From Isoptericola halotolerans (lineage in GTDB: Bacteria > Actinomycetota > Actinomycetes > Actinomycetales > Cellulomonadaceae): a stretch of 64,000 nt of DNA. Location: contig NZ_JABEZU010000001.1 of assembly GCF_013149785.1 (NCBI RefSeq), forward strand, positions 434,001 to 498,000, given 5' to 3'. The position numbers were made by a program, and so were the translations under genes. Every line of letters begins with the position of its first letter. The first letter of the stretch is position 1. Of the stretch, positions 12,554 through 22,229 are shown piece by piece. Under the pieces are notes generated by a model. It saw nothing but the letters and a program-made list of their open reading frames with translations, did no database searches and had not been told where the DNA came from.

Positions 12554-15385
12554 GTGGCCACCACGTCACCGACCCGAGGTTCCCGGAAGGTGCGCGCGGC
12601 GGTGCTCGCCGCGCTGCTCGTCCCGGCCGCCGCGGTACCCGCCGTCCCTGCTGCCGCGGTGCCGTCGGCGGACGCCGTCGTCGTCATCGACGAGGTCTAC
12701 GGGGGTGGTGGCAACAGCGGGGCCGTCTACGACCGCGACTTCGTCGAGCTGCACAACCCCGGTGACGCCCCGGTCTCCCTGGACGGCTGGTCCGTCCAGT
12801 ACGGGTCCTCGACGGGCACCGCGTGGTCCGGGCAGACCGACCTGACGGGCGAGATCCCGGCCGGTGGGTCGTTCCTCGTCGGGCAGGCCTACGGCAACAA
12901 CACCGACCTGCCGGACCTGCCCGCCCCCGACGTCGAGGGCTCCGTCGCGATGTCCGGCACCGCCGGGAAGGTCGCGCTGGTCAGCTCGACCACGCGCCTG
13001 AGCTGCCTCGGGGCGGCCTGCGCCGACGCCGCGGACGTCGTCGACCTGGTCGGCTGGGGCTCGGCCACCAACACCTACCTCGGCAGCGGGCCCGCGCCCG
13101 GCACGAGCAACCCGGTCTCGGTGGCACGGGTCGAGCACGTCAACACCGTCGACAACGCCGCCGACTTCGTCGTCGGCACGCCCACGCCGCAGAACAGCGG
13201 GACCGACCCGGACCCGGAGCCCACCCCCACCCCGACGGACGACCCCGACCCGGTGACCGTCACCGTCGCCGAGATCCAGGGCACGGGCAGCGCGTCGCCG
13301 ATCGTCGGGCAGGCCGTCACCACCCGCGGCGTCGTGACCGCGGCCTACCCGACCGGCGGGTTCGACGGGTTGTACCTGCAGACGGAGGGCACCGGGGGCG
13401 ACCCCGCCGACGACGAGACGCCGGGGGCGTCCGACGCGGTGTTCGTCTACTCGTCGCAGGCCGCCGCCCAGGTCCAGGTCGGCGACCACCTGGAGGTGAC
13501 AGGCACCGTCGTCGAGCACTTCGGCATGACGCAGGTGACGCCGTCGTCCTGGACCGTGCTCGACGAGCCCGCCGAGGCCGTCAAGCCCACCGTGACCACC
13601 TGGCCGGCCACCGAGGCCGAGCGCGAGGCGCTCGAGGGCATGCTGCTCGCCCCCGCGGGGGAGTTCACCGTCACCGACAACTACTCCACGAACTTCTACG
13701 GCACCGTCGGGCTCGCCGCCGGTGAGTCGCCGCTGGTCCAGCCGACCGCCGTCGGCCGGCCCGGCTCGGACGAGGCCGCTGCGCAGGCCGCCGACAACGC
13801 GGCCCGCGCCGTCCAGCTCGACGACGGCTCCACGCTGAACTTCAACAACCAGGCCAACAAGAGCACCCCGCTGCCCTGGTTGAACGGCACCGACCCGGTG
13901 CGGGTCGGTGCGTCGGTCACGTTCACCACGCCGGTGATCCTCGACTACCGGTTCGACGCGTGGAGCCTCCAGCCGCTGGAGCAGCTCACGGCCGCCAACG
14001 CCACGACCGTCCAGCAGGCGGAGTTCGAGGACACCCGCACCGACGCGCCCGAGGAGGTCGGCGGCAACCTCCAGGTCGGCACCTTCAACGTGCTCAACTA
14101 CTTCACCACCACCGGCGACCAGCTCGACGGCTGCACGTACTACACCGACCGCGCCGGCAACCCGATCACCGTGCGGGGAGGCTGCCTCGCCCGCGGTGCC
14201 GCGGACGCGGAGAACCTGGACCGTCAGGAGATCAAGATCGTCCGCGCGATCAGCGCCCTCGGCGCCGACGTCGTCGCGCTGGAGGAGATGGAGACGTCCT
14301 CGGCCTTCGGCAAGGACCGCGACCAGGCCGTCTCGGACCTGGTGGACGCCCTCAACGACCACGACGGCGCGGACACCTGGGCGTACGTGCCCTCGCCCGC
14401 CGAGGTGCCGCAGGACGAGGACGTCATCCGCAACGCCTTCATCTACCGCACCGCGACCGCCGAGCCGGTGGGGGAGTCGGTGATCCTCGACGACCCGGTG
14501 GCCTTCGGCAACGCCCGCGAGCCCCTCGCCCAGGTGTTCCAGCCCGCCGGCGGCGCGCAGGCCGACCCGTCCGACGACGTCCTCGTCATCACGAACCACT
14601 TCAAGTCCAAGGGGTCGGCGGGGCCGTGGCCCGGCGACGCCGACACCGGCGACGGGCAGGGCAGCAGCGTCGAGTCGCGGGTCCGGCAGGCGACGGCGCT
14701 CGCGGGCTTCGCCGAGGACGTCGCGGCCGACGCCGGCACCGACGTCGTGCTGCTGGTCGGCGACTTCAACTCCTACGACCGAGAAGACCCGATGGTGGTG
14801 CTCGAGGACGCCGGCTACACCAACCTCGGGGAGATGACGGGCAAGTACTCCTACCTGTTCGGCGGGCAGGTCGGGTCGCTGGACCACGTGCTCGCCTCCC
14901 CGGCAGCGCTGGACCTCGTCACCGGCGCGGACATCTGGAACATCAACGCGGTCGAGCCGATCGCGAACGAGTACAGCCGGTACAACTACAACGCGACGAT
15001 CCTCTACGACGACTCACCCTTCCGGTCCTCGGACCACGACCCGCTCGTCGTCGGGCTCGAGCTCGCCGCCGACGCGCCGGCAGCCCCCGCCTGGGAGGCG
15101 GGCACCGTCTACACCGCCGGTGACAGGGTCACCCACGACGGGCGACTCTTCGAGGCGCTGTGGTGGACGCGGGGCCAGACGCCGGGGGAGAGCCCCTGGA
15201 GCGCCTGGGCCGAGATCGGCGCGCCGGTCGAGACGGACGCCGGCACCTTCCCGGCGTGGACGCCGTCCCAGGTGTACGTGGGCGGGGAGACCGTCGCGCA
15301 CGACGGCGAGGTGTGGCAGGCCCGCTGGTGGACGCGGAACCAGGAGCCGGGCGACCCCTACGGCCCGTGGGAGGCACGGGGTTGA
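12554..15385 (+). CDS. ExeM/NucH-family extracellular endonuclease (signal peptide, lamin-tail domain, OB fold, EEP domain, two C-terminal CBM5/12-like modules)
   Basis: VIDEVYGGGGN (LTD); GTFNVLNYF, NHFKSKG, GDFNSY, GSLDH and SSDHDP (EEP); two W...Y..GD/E.V.HDG...A.WWT repeats; GAGGAGG RBS. Confidence 0.93.
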   Translation: MATTSPTRGSRKVRAAVLAALLVPAAAVPAVPAAAVPSADAVVVIDEVYGGGGNSGAVYDRDFVELHNPGDAPVSLDGWSVQYGSSTGTAWSGQTDLTGEIPAGGSFLVGQAYGNNTDLPDLPAPDVEGSVAMSGTAGKVALVSSTTRLSCLGAACADAADVVDLVGWGSATNTYLGSGPAPGTSNPVSVARVEHVNTVDNAADFVVGTPTPQNSGTDPDPEPTPTPTDDPDPVTVTVAEIQGTGSASPIVGQAVTTRGVVTAAYPTGGFDGLYLQTEGTGGDPADDETPGASDAVFVYSSQAAAQVQVGDHLEVTGTVVEHFGMTQVTPSSWTVLDEPAEAVKPTVTTWPATEAEREALEGMLLAPAGEFTVTDNYSTNFYGTVGLAAGESPLVQPTAVGRPGSDEAAAQAADNAARAVQLDDGSTLNFNNQANKSTPLPWLNGTDPVRVGASVTFTTPVILDYRFDAWSLQPLEQLTAANATTVQQAEFEDTRTDAPEEVGGNLQVGTFNVLNYFTTTGDQLDGCTYYTDRAGNPITVRGGCLARGAADAENLDRQEIKIVRAISALGADVVALEEMETSSAFGKDRDQAVSDLVDALNDHDGADTWAYVPSPAEVPQDEDVIRNAFIYRTATAEPVGESVILDDPVAFGNAREPLAQVFQPAGGAQADPSDDVLVITNHFKSKGSAGPWPGDADTGDGQGSSVESRVRQATALAGFAEDVAADAGTDVVLLVGDFNSYDREDPMVVLEDAGYTNLGEMTGKYSYLFGGQVGSLDHVLASPAALDLVTGADIWNINAVEPIANEYSRYNYNATILYDDSPFRSSDHDPLVVGLELAADAPAAPAWEAGTVYTAGDRVTHDGRLFEALWWTRGQTPGESPWSAWAEIGAPVETDAGTFPAWTPSQVYVGGETVAHDGEVWQARWWTRNQEPGDPYGPWEARG

Positions 15386-15409
15386 CCTGACCGTTCGTCA
15401 TGACCGGTT

Positions 15410-15445
15410 CCCGGGGCTCCCCACCGCGCGGTGGGGAGCCCCGGG
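15410..15445. terminator. Bidirectional hairpin terminator
   Basis: Perfect 36-bp palindrome CCCGGGGCTCCCCACCGCGCGGTGGGGAGCCCCGGG between convergent genes. Confidence 0.75.
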
Positions 15446-15448
15446 CGC

Positions 15449-16267
15449 TCAGACGGGGACCGATGCCCGCACGCGGGCCGATCGGCGGAGGACGACGGCG
15501 GCGACGGTCGGCATCGCGACCCAGGCCAGGATGTTCGTGGCCCAGAACGTCGTCGGTGCCGCCACCGACGACGCCGTGAGGAGCTGGAGCGAGGACAGAG
15601 GCACGGCGTGGGCGAACACCGCCGGCCAGATCGTCCCGCGGCGCTCCACCAGGGCGGCCAGCAGAGGCGCCCAGGCCGCCACGGACAGCGTGGTGGCGAT
15701 CGCCTCGGCGGTGCTGAGAGTGCCCTGGGCCAGATACGTCAGGTTCAGCGGGACGTGGAACAGCATCCACAGCAGGCCGACGATCGTCGAGGAGCGCCAG
15801 AAACCCTGATCGCGCAGCAGGCTCTGCAGCTGTCCGCGCCAGAGCACCTCTTCGCCGACGGTCGAGAGCGCGAAGAGCAGGGTGCCCATCACGATGGTGG
15901 GCAGCGCGGCGAGCAGGACGTCGGCCGGCTCGAGCTCGGCACCGAACGCCAGCCCGGCGACGGCGGGGAGCACGAGCGTGGGCAGCATCACGACGAGCGC
16001 GAGACCGAAGGAGGCGGCCAGCTCCCGCGGGGACGCCGGCCGCCACCGCCAGAGCCGTGCGAGGTGGTCACGGCCGAGCAACGCCACGACGGCGACGAGG
16101 CTGGCGACGCCGGGCAGCAGCCTGCCGAGCAGGACGAACAGGTCGGGGACGTCCGTCCCGCTGATGAGGAACATCAGGCAACCGCCGACCATGGCGGCGA
16201 ACGAGGCGGCGACGGCGAGCACCGCCGCGCGGAGCTCGGTGCGAGGGAGTGTGGTGTGAGGGGGCAC
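15449..16267 (-). CDS. CPBP (CAAX/Abi) family intramembrane metalloprotease
   Basis: GEEVLWRG, WMLFH and AVFAH motifs; multi-TM; start approximate. Confidence 0.82.
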   Translation of the reverse strand: MPPHTTLPRTELRAAVLAVAASFAAMVGGCLMFLISGTDVPDLFVLLGRLLPGVASLVAVVALLGRDHLARLWRWRPASPRELAASFGLALVVMLPTLVLPAVAGLAFGAELEPADVLLAALPTIVMGTLLFALSTVGEEVLWRGQLQSLLRDQGFWRSSTIVGLLWMLFHVPLNLTYLAQGTLSTAEAIATTLSVAAWAPLLAALVERRGTIWPAVFAHAVPLSSLQLLTASSVAAPTTFWATNILAWVAMPTVAAVVLRRSARVRASVPV

Positions 16268-16369
16268 GGAGTTCAGTCTCGCGACGGCCGCCGCCCCCGG
16301 GCATCGGGGATGTCCCTGAGGTGCACCCCGGCGTCCGGAGGCTCCCCGGGGTGCGGTTAGGCTCGAGGA

Positions 16370-16735
16370 GTGAGCAGCACCAGCCCCGAGCACACCCCCG
16401 AGCCGTCCGCCGAGCCGTCGCCGTCGTCCGCCGAGGAGTCTTCGGTGGAGCCGACCACTCCCGGTGAGCCCGACGAGCACCTGCTCGTCGACCCGGCCCG
16501 GGTCCGGCGGGCACCGCGCTACCGGGGGTTCTTCACGGTCGGCGCGGTCGTCGGCGTCGTCGTCGGGGTCGTGCTGGGCGTCTGGCTGTCCGGCATCGCC
16601 ACCTCCGAGGGCGCGTTCCTGCTCAAGCCCGGCGTCTTCGTCTCCGTGATCGTGCTCGGCACCACGACGCTGTTCGTCCTGCTGGCGGGCGCTCTCGCCG
16701 TGCTCGCGGACCGCCGGAGCCTACGCCGCAGGTGA
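16370..16735 (+). CDS. Hypothetical two-TM membrane protein
   Basis: VRRAPRY followed by two hydrophobic helices and DRRS; GAGGA before the GTG. Confidence 0.7.
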   Translation: MSSTSPEHTPEPSAEPSPSSAEESSVEPTTPGEPDEHLLVDPARVRRAPRYRGFFTVGAVVGVVVGVVLGVWLSGIATSEGAFLLKPGVFVSVIVLGTTTLFVLLAGALAVLADRRSLRRR

Positions 16736-16778
16736 GGGCGACGATGGCCTGAACCGTCGTCTGTGGGATACTCGGGCC

Positions 16779-18326
16779 ATGCCCTTGCGCCCTGACGGCC
16801 GTCTGAACCACGACCTCATGCCCGGCGAGAAGGGGCCGCAGGACGCCTGCGGCGTCTTCGGTGTCTGGGCCCCCGGCGAAGAGGTCGCCAAGCTGGCCTA
16901 CTTCGGTCTGTACGCCCTGCAGCACCGCGGCCAGGAGTCCGCCGGGATCGCCACCAGCAACGGCGAGCAGATCCTCGTGTACAAGGACATGGGCCTGGTG
17001 TCCCAGGTGTTCGACGAGACCGCGCTCAACGCCCTGACCGGTCACATCGCCGTCGGGCACTGCCGCTACTCCACGACCGGTGGCGTCACCTGGGAGAACG
17101 CGCAGCCCACGCTCGGAGCGACGGCCTCCGGCACCGTGGCCCTCGGTCACAACGGCAACCTCACCAACTCCGCCGAGCTCGTGGACCTCGTGGCGGAGCG
17201 CTACGGCGCCCAGCGCCGCGGCGAGCTCGCCCGCGGCAACACCACCGACACCGCGCTCGTCACCGCCCTGCTGGTCGGCGACGAGGACCACACCCTCGAG
17301 CAGACGGCGCTCGAGGTCCTGCCGCGGCTGCGCGGTGCCTTCTCGCTGGTGTTCATGGACGAGCACACGCTGTACGCCGCCCGTGACCCCCAGGGGGTCC
17401 GCCCCCTCGTGCTCGGCCGCACCCAGCGCGGATGGGTCGTCGCCTCCGAGACCCCGGCGCTCGACATCGTCGGTGCGTCCTTCGTGCGCGAGGTCGAGCC
17501 CGGCGAGCTGATCTGCATCGACGACGACGGGCTGCGCTCCACGCGGTTCGCCCAGCCGGAGCGCGCGGGCTGCGTCTTCGAGTACGTCTACCTCGCACGA
17601 CCCGACACCTCGATCAACGGCCGGCCCGTGCACGCGGCGCGCGTCGAGATGGGGCGGATCCTCGCCCGCGAGCACCCCGTCGAGGCCGACCTGGTGATGC
17701 CGGTGCCCGAGTCGGGGACGCCGGCCGCCGTCGGCTACGCCCAGGAGTCCGGCATCCCGTTCGGCCAGGGACTGACGAAGAACGCCTACGTGGGGCGGAC
17801 GTTCATCCAGCCGTCGGACACGCTCCGCCAGCTCGGCATCCGCCTCAAGCTCAACCCGTTGCGCGAGGTGATCCGAGGCAAGCGGCTCGTCGTCGTCGAC
17901 GACTCGATCGTGCGCGGCAACACCCAGCGGGCCCTCATCCGTATGCTCCGCGAGGCCGGCGCGGCCGAGGTGCACGTGCGGATCTCCTCGCCACCGGTGA
18001 AGTGGCCCTGCTTCTACGGCATCGACTTCGCCTCGCGCGCCGAGCTGATCGCCAACGGGCTCACCCCGGAGGAGATCGGCCAGTCCCTGGGCGCGGACAG
18101 CCTCGGCTACATCTCGACGGAGGGCATGATCGCCGCCACCGAGCAGCCGTCCTCCCAGCTGTGCGCGGCCTGCTTCACCGGGAAGTACCCGATCGAGCTG
18201 CCCGAGGCGCACCAGCTCGGCAAGTACCAGCTCGAGCAGGCCGAGCTGCCGCTCGGTGCCCCGGAGGACGGCCTCGTGCAGCTCTCCGTCGGCGTCGGCG
18301 GGCAGACCGCGCTCAACCACCCCTGA
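16779..18326 (+). CDS. purF: Amidophosphoribosyltransferase
   Basis: Propeptide followed by CGVFG; QHRGQESAG; PRPP loop VVDDSIVRGNT; Fe-S cysteines (CVFE, PCFYG, CAAC). Confidence 0.97.
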   Translation: MPLRPDGRLNHDLMPGEKGPQDACGVFGVWAPGEEVAKLAYFGLYALQHRGQESAGIATSNGEQILVYKDMGLVSQVFDETALNALTGHIAVGHCRYSTTGGVTWENAQPTLGATASGTVALGHNGNLTNSAELVDLVAERYGAQRRGELARGNTTDTALVTALLVGDEDHTLEQTALEVLPRLRGAFSLVFMDEHTLYAARDPQGVRPLVLGRTQRGWVVASETPALDIVGASFVREVEPGELICIDDDGLRSTRFAQPERAGCVFEYVYLARPDTSINGRPVHAARVEMGRILAREHPVEADLVMPVPESGTPAAVGYAQESGIPFGQGLTKNAYVGRTFIQPSDTLRQLGIRLKLNPLREVIRGKRLVVVDDSIVRGNTQRALIRMLREAGAAEVHVRISSPPVKWPCFYGIDFASRAELIANGLTPEEIGQSLGADSLGYISTEGMIAATEQPSSQLCAACFTGKYPIELPEAHQLGKYQLEQAELPLGAPEDGLVQLSVGVGGQTALNHP

Positions 18327-18395
18327 TCATCCTGACCGTGCCGCGGCCGACCACGCTGCGACCGGACCACCCGCACCACCCAGGAGCAAGCCGCC

Positions 18396-19499
18396 GTGAC
18401 TGATGGACTGACCTACGCCGCCGCCGGCGTCGACACCGAGGCCGGCGACAAGGCCGTGGAGCTCATGAAGGACGCGGTCCGCCGCACCCAGGGCCCGGCG
18501 GTGATCGGTGGGGTCGGAGGCTTCGCCGGTCTCTACGACCTCTCGGCGTTCCAGCGGTACCGCAAGCCGTTGCTCGCGACCTCGACCGACGGCGTCGGCA
18601 CCAAGGTGGCGATCGCCCAGGCGCTGGACAAGCACGACACCATCGGGTTCGACCTGGTCGGCATGGTCGTCGACGACATCGTCGTGGTCGGCGCGGAACC
18701 GCTGTTCATGACCGACTACATCGCGACGGGCAAGGTCGTCCCGGAGCGGGTCGCCGACATCGTGCGCGGCATCGCGCAGGCGTGCGAGGTCGCCGGGACG
18801 GCGCTGGTGGGTGGCGAGACCGCCGAGCACCCGGGCCTCCTCGCGCCCGACGAGTACGACGTCGCCGGTGCGGCGACCGGGATCGTCGAGGCCGACTCCG
18901 TGCTCGGCCCGGAGCGGGTCCGTGCCGGCGACGTCCTCATCGCGATGGCGTCCAGCGGGATCCACTCCAACGGCTACTCGTTGGTCCGCGCGGTGATCAA
19001 GCACGCCGGCTGGGAGCTCGGCCGCCACGTCGAGGAGTTCGGCCGGACCCTCGGTGAGGAGCTGCTCGAGCCCACCAAGGTCTATGCGAGCGACTGCCTC
19101 GCCCTGGCGCGTGACGAGGCCGCGCAGGTGCACGCCTACACCCACGTGACCGGTGGCGGGCTCGCCGCGAACCTCGCCCGAGTCCTCCCCGAGGGTGTCG
19201 TCGCGACGGTCGACCGGTCGTCGTGGGAGGTGCCGGCCGTCTTCCGCACGGTGCGCGACCTCGGCGCCGTCCCCCGCGGCGACCTCGAGAACACCCTCAA
19301 CCTCGGTGTCGGGATGGTCGCGGTGGTGGGGGCCGACGGCGCGGACGCGGCGCTGGCGCGACTGGCCGCCCTGGGCGTGGACGCCTGGACGCTGGGCACC
19401 GTCGACGAGCACGACCCGTCGAGCACGTCGGAGGACCTCGTGGTGGGGACCAAGGGGGTCCACGCCGGGGCGGTGCGGCTGGTCGGCGACTACCGCTGA
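18396..19499 (+). CDS. purM: Phosphoribosylformylglycinamidine cyclo-ligase (AIR synthetase)
   Basis: YAAAGVD, STDGVGTK, GGETAEHPG, SSGIHSNGYSL and HVTGGG. Confidence 0.97.
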   Translation: MTDGLTYAAAGVDTEAGDKAVELMKDAVRRTQGPAVIGGVGGFAGLYDLSAFQRYRKPLLATSTDGVGTKVAIAQALDKHDTIGFDLVGMVVDDIVVVGAEPLFMTDYIATGKVVPERVADIVRGIAQACEVAGTALVGGETAEHPGLLAPDEYDVAGAATGIVEADSVLGPERVRAGDVLIAMASSGIHSNGYSLVRAVIKHAGWELGRHVEEFGRTLGEELLEPTKVYASDCLALARDEAAQVHAYTHVTGGGLAANLARVLPEGVVATVDRSSWEVPAVFRTVRDLGAVPRGDLENTLNLGVGMVAVVGADGADAALARLAALGVDAWTLGTVDEHDPSSTSEDLVVGTKGVHAGAVRLVGDYR

Positions 19500-19518
19500 C
19501 GGCCTTCCCTGCGAACGG

Positions 19519-19556
19519 CTGCGGGGCCGGACAGCTGTCGCCGTCCGGCCCCGCAG
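19519..19556. terminator. Hairpin terminator between purM and DUF3073
   Basis: CTGCGGGGCCGGAC ... GTCCGGCCCCGCAG inverted repeat. Confidence 0.7.
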
Positions 19557-19578
19557 ATGTTCGTGCTGAAGACGAGAC

Positions 19579-19782
19579 TCAGCGGCGGTCGTCGTCCCAC
19601 GTGGCGTAGCCGTTGTCGTACGCGGAGTCAGCGCTGTCGCTCCAGCGGTCCTCGGTGACGACGTCGGTCGACTGGCCGGCCTTGAGCTCTTGCTCCAGAG
19701 CGTGGTAGTTCGTCTCGGGGCTGTAGTACTTCAGCTCGCGAGCGACCTTCGTGTGCTTAGCCTTCTGACGGCCACGGCCCAT
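19579..19782 (-). CDS. DUF3073 family protein
   Basis: MGRGRQKAKHTKVARELKY; conserved position downstream of purM in actinobacteria. Confidence 0.92.
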   Translation of the reverse strand: MGRGRQKAKHTKVARELKYYSPETNYHALEQELKAGQSTDVVTEDRWSDSADSAYDNGYATWDDDRR

Positions 19783-20195
19783 GGCTCCGACCCCCTCAAC
19801 GTAAGAGCGGGGCGGCAACGTCGCAGACGTGCGGCCCCGAGAGAAGATTTCGTCTGTTCAGGTTCTAACGGTACATGCTGTGACCGCATTCCCTCTACTC
19901 GGCATGGCGTCACGGCGGGGCGAGATCCATCGAGGTCGGTCCTGGTCAGGCCGCGGAGGCCCCGTTCGTGACCCATCTCACGCCGAGCCCGTGGTCGAGA
20001 CGCCGTCGGGGGCGCCGCGCGGAGCACCTCGCGGGCGGTGGCGATCCGGACCCACGGGGCGAGCGGGACCTGACGCCCGCAAGCCGTGCTCGGTTCAAGT
20101 CGCCTCAATCCCGCTTTCTGCACACAATGGAACGACACGGCCGTGGAGTACTTCGGGCGCCGTCCGAGCCGGTCGCGTACCAGGAGGTGCAGGGG

Positions 20196-20444
20196 ATGTC
20201 GTTCCATGGAGACTCCGAGGTCCTGTTGACGCCCGCCGAGGTGGCCAGCCTCTTCCGTGTCGACCCCAAGACGGTCACCCGCTGGGCCAAGGCAGGAAAG
20301 CTCTCGTCGATCCGGACGCTGGGCGGGCACCGTCGCTACAAGGAGTCGGAGGTCCGAGCACTGCTCGGCGCCGCCTCCGAGGCTGCCGAGGCCGAGGCTG
20401 CGGCGAACGCCGCAGCGGCGGAAGGATCCGACGGCCCGAAGTAG
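20196..20444 (+). CDS. bldC: BldC-family MerR-like DNA-binding protein
   Basis: LLTPAEVASLFRVDPKTVTRWAKAGKLSSIRTLGGHRRY; AGGAGG RBS. Confidence 0.93.
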   Translation: MSFHGDSEVLLTPAEVASLFRVDPKTVTRWAKAGKLSSIRTLGGHRRYKESEVRALLGAASEAAEAEAAANAAAAEGSDGPK

Positions 20445-20445
20445 A

Positions 20446-20473
20446 CCGCCGTCGGCCGCCCGGCCGACGGCGG
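20446..20473. terminator. Hairpin terminator
   Basis: CCGCCGTCGGCCG-cc-CGGCCGACGGCGG between convergent genes. Confidence 0.65.
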
Positions 20474-20478
20474 CCGGG

Positions 20479-20805
20479 TCAGCGGCGCACGGCGCGGACG
20501 ACGAGGACCGCCACGGCCGCCGCGCCGACGGCGGCCACGCCGAGGAGGATCTTGGCGTTGCGAGACCTGCGCGCGTCGTGGTCGGGCAGGCCGTTGCCGG
20601 CGAACAGCCCGCGGACGTCCGTCGCCGCCTGTCGCGTCCCGTGCGCCAGCTGCGCCGCCTGGTAGGAGGGTGACAGCCGGGTGGTGAGCTCGTCGAGCGC
20701 GGTGCCGAGCTCACGGCGGGCGTCGCGTACCTGCGCCTCGAGCTCGGCGCGAGACGGTGCCGGCTCCTGGCCCGCCGAGGTGGGGGCTGTGGAGTCAGAG
20801 CTCAT
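20479..20805 (-). CDS. DUF3618-like protein with C-terminal TM helix
   Basis: ELEAQVRDARRELGTALDELTTRLSP; ATGA-coupled to the holin-like gene. Confidence 0.8.
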   Translation of the reverse strand: MSSDSTAPTSAGQEPAPSRAELEAQVRDARRELGTALDELTTRLSPSYQAAQLAHGTRQAATDVRGLFAGNGLPDHDARRSRNAKILLGVAAVGAAAVAVLVVRAVRR

Positions 20806-21218
20806 CGGTTGATCCCTTCCTTGAGCGCGGCGACATCGTCCTTGACGCGGTCGATCGTCTCCGGCCGTCGGGCGGCCTGCTTGAGCTGCCGTACGGCGAC
20901 GAGCACCATGACGACGGCGAGCAGGACCATCGCGACCCCGACGACGAGGGCGGAGAGCCACAGGGGCCACGCCTCGGCGAGTCCGATGATGGCCGACCAG
21001 ATCAGGACGCCGACCGCGTAGAGCACGACGACCAGCGCCGCGCCGATCAGGCCGATGCCCACGGCCGAGCGCTTGGCCTTCTCGGCGAGCTCCGCCTTGG
21101 CCAGCGCGATCTCGGCGCGGACCAGTCGGGTGGCCTGCTCCGAGAGCTGCTCCACCAGCCGGCCCATGCTGGGGGGTCGGTCCGCCGGTGGCGCGCCCCC
21201 GTCGTCCCAGTCCGTCAT
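20802..21218 (-). CDS. Actinobacterial holin-like membrane protein (Phage_holin_3_6 / YhjD-like; chromosomal)
   Basis: SMGRLVEQLSEQATRLVRAEIALAKAEL, two TMs, PETIDRVKDD. Confidence 0.85.
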   Translation of the reverse strand: MTDWDDGGAPPADRPPSMGRLVEQLSEQATRLVRAEIALAKAELAEKAKRSAVGIGLIGAALVVVLYAVGVLIWSAIIGLAEAWPLWLSALVVGVAMVLLAVVMVLVAVRQLKQAARRPETIDRVKDDVAALKEGINR

Positions 21219-21342
21219 CGGCTGCTCCGATCCTCGACGAGTGTGTACGTGCGGTCCCCACTCAACCCGTCCTGGCTGGTCCAGGCAATTCCAAAGGTCC
21301 GGAGCCGCGCCGGCGGGCCGCTCACAGAGGGCCCTGCACGAC

Positions 21343-21374
21343 GAAGACCCCCGGGCTGCTGCCCGGGGGTCTTC
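21343..21374 (-). terminator. Terminator downstream of tRNA-Phe
   Basis: GAAGACCCCCGGGC-tgct-GCCCGGGGGTCTTC. Confidence 0.75.
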
Positions 21375-21379
21375 TGCGG

Positions 21380-21452
21380 TGGCTCCGACCGGCGTCGATC
21401 CGGTGACCTTTCGATTTTCAGTCGAACGCTCTACCAACTGAGCTACAGAGCC
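21380..21452 (-). tRNA. tRNA-Phe (GAA)
   Basis: GGCTCTGTAGCTCAGTTGGTAGAGC...CTGAAAA...GGATCGACGCC...GGAGCCA; cloverleaf; full CCA not encoded. Confidence 0.96.
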
Positions 21453-21508
21453 GTGCCGTGACACGAAAGCCCGGGGCGCCGTTGCCGACGAACCGGGCGC
21501 TTCATGCG

Positions 21509-21582
21509 CGACCCTGACGGGACTTGAACCCGCGACCTCCGCCGTGACAGGGCGGCGCGCTAACCAACTGCGCTACAGGGCC
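21509..21582 (-). tRNA. tRNA-Asp (GTC)
   Basis: GGCCCTGTAGCGCAGTTGGTTAGCGC...CTGTCAC...GGTTCAAGTCC...AGGGTCG. Confidence 0.96.
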
Positions 21583-21717
21583 AAGATCGGGGTTGATCTC
21601 CCGATCGAGGAGCTCTTTTCGAGCCGAGGAAAAGCGTACCCCATGCTCGGCTGGATCCTGAAATCGGCTCCTGACCAGGCATTTCGTCCAGGTTCCGGCG
21701 AGCGGAGACCTCTGGAG

Positions 21718-21790
21718 TACCCCCAACGGGATTCGAACCCGTGCTACCGCCGTGAAAGGGCGGGGTCCTAGGCCGCTAGACGATGGGGGC
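21718..21790 (-). tRNA. tRNA-Glu (TTC)
   Basis: GCCCCCATCGTCTAGCGGCCTAGGAC...CTTTCAC...GGTTCGAATCC...GGGGGTA; TATGCT -10 at 21801-21806 (minus). Confidence 0.96.
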
Positions 21791-21849
21791 CGGTCGGCAC
21801 AGCATACCGGGAGGCGCGGCGTCGTCCACAGCCGCCGCCGTGAGGGAGG

Positions 21850-22212
21850 ATGGATCGCGTGGTGGAGATGTCGCGGGAGGACTTCGAGGCAGCCGTCTCG
21901 GAAGGCCTGGACCAGGTGCCGGCCGAGCTGACGAGGCTCATGGACAACGTCGTGGTGCTGGTCGAGGACGACGCCCCGGCCGACGACCCCGGGCTGCTCG
22001 GTCTCTACGAGGGTGTGCCCCTGACCGAGCGGGGGGAGTCGTGGGCGGCAGGGTCGCTGCCGGACCGGATCACCATCTACCGCAACCCGACGCTCGCCTT
22101 CTGCGAGACGCTCGACGAGGTGGCGGACGAGGTCGCCGTCACCGTGGTCCACGAGATCGCGCACCACTTCGGGATCGAGGACGACCGGCTGCACGCGCTC
22201 GGCTGGGGCTGA
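21850..22212 (+). CDS. Zincin-like metallopeptidase family protein (DUF1025)
   Basis: LLGLYEGVPL, PDRITIYR and HEIAHHFG. Confidence 0.9.
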   Translation: MDRVVEMSREDFEAAVSEGLDQVPAELTRLMDNVVVLVEDDAPADDPGLLGLYEGVPLTERGESWAAGSLPDRITIYRNPTLAFCETLDEVADEVAVTVVHEIAHHFGIEDDRLHALGWG

Positions 22213-22229
22213 CCCACGGCGGAGGCGGG

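Noticed and set aside
20479..21218. Holin-like gene next to tRNAs as a sign of a prophage
   Set aside because: The holin-like/DUF3618 pair is a common chromosomal actinobacterial module; there is no integrase, att duplication or other phage gene.
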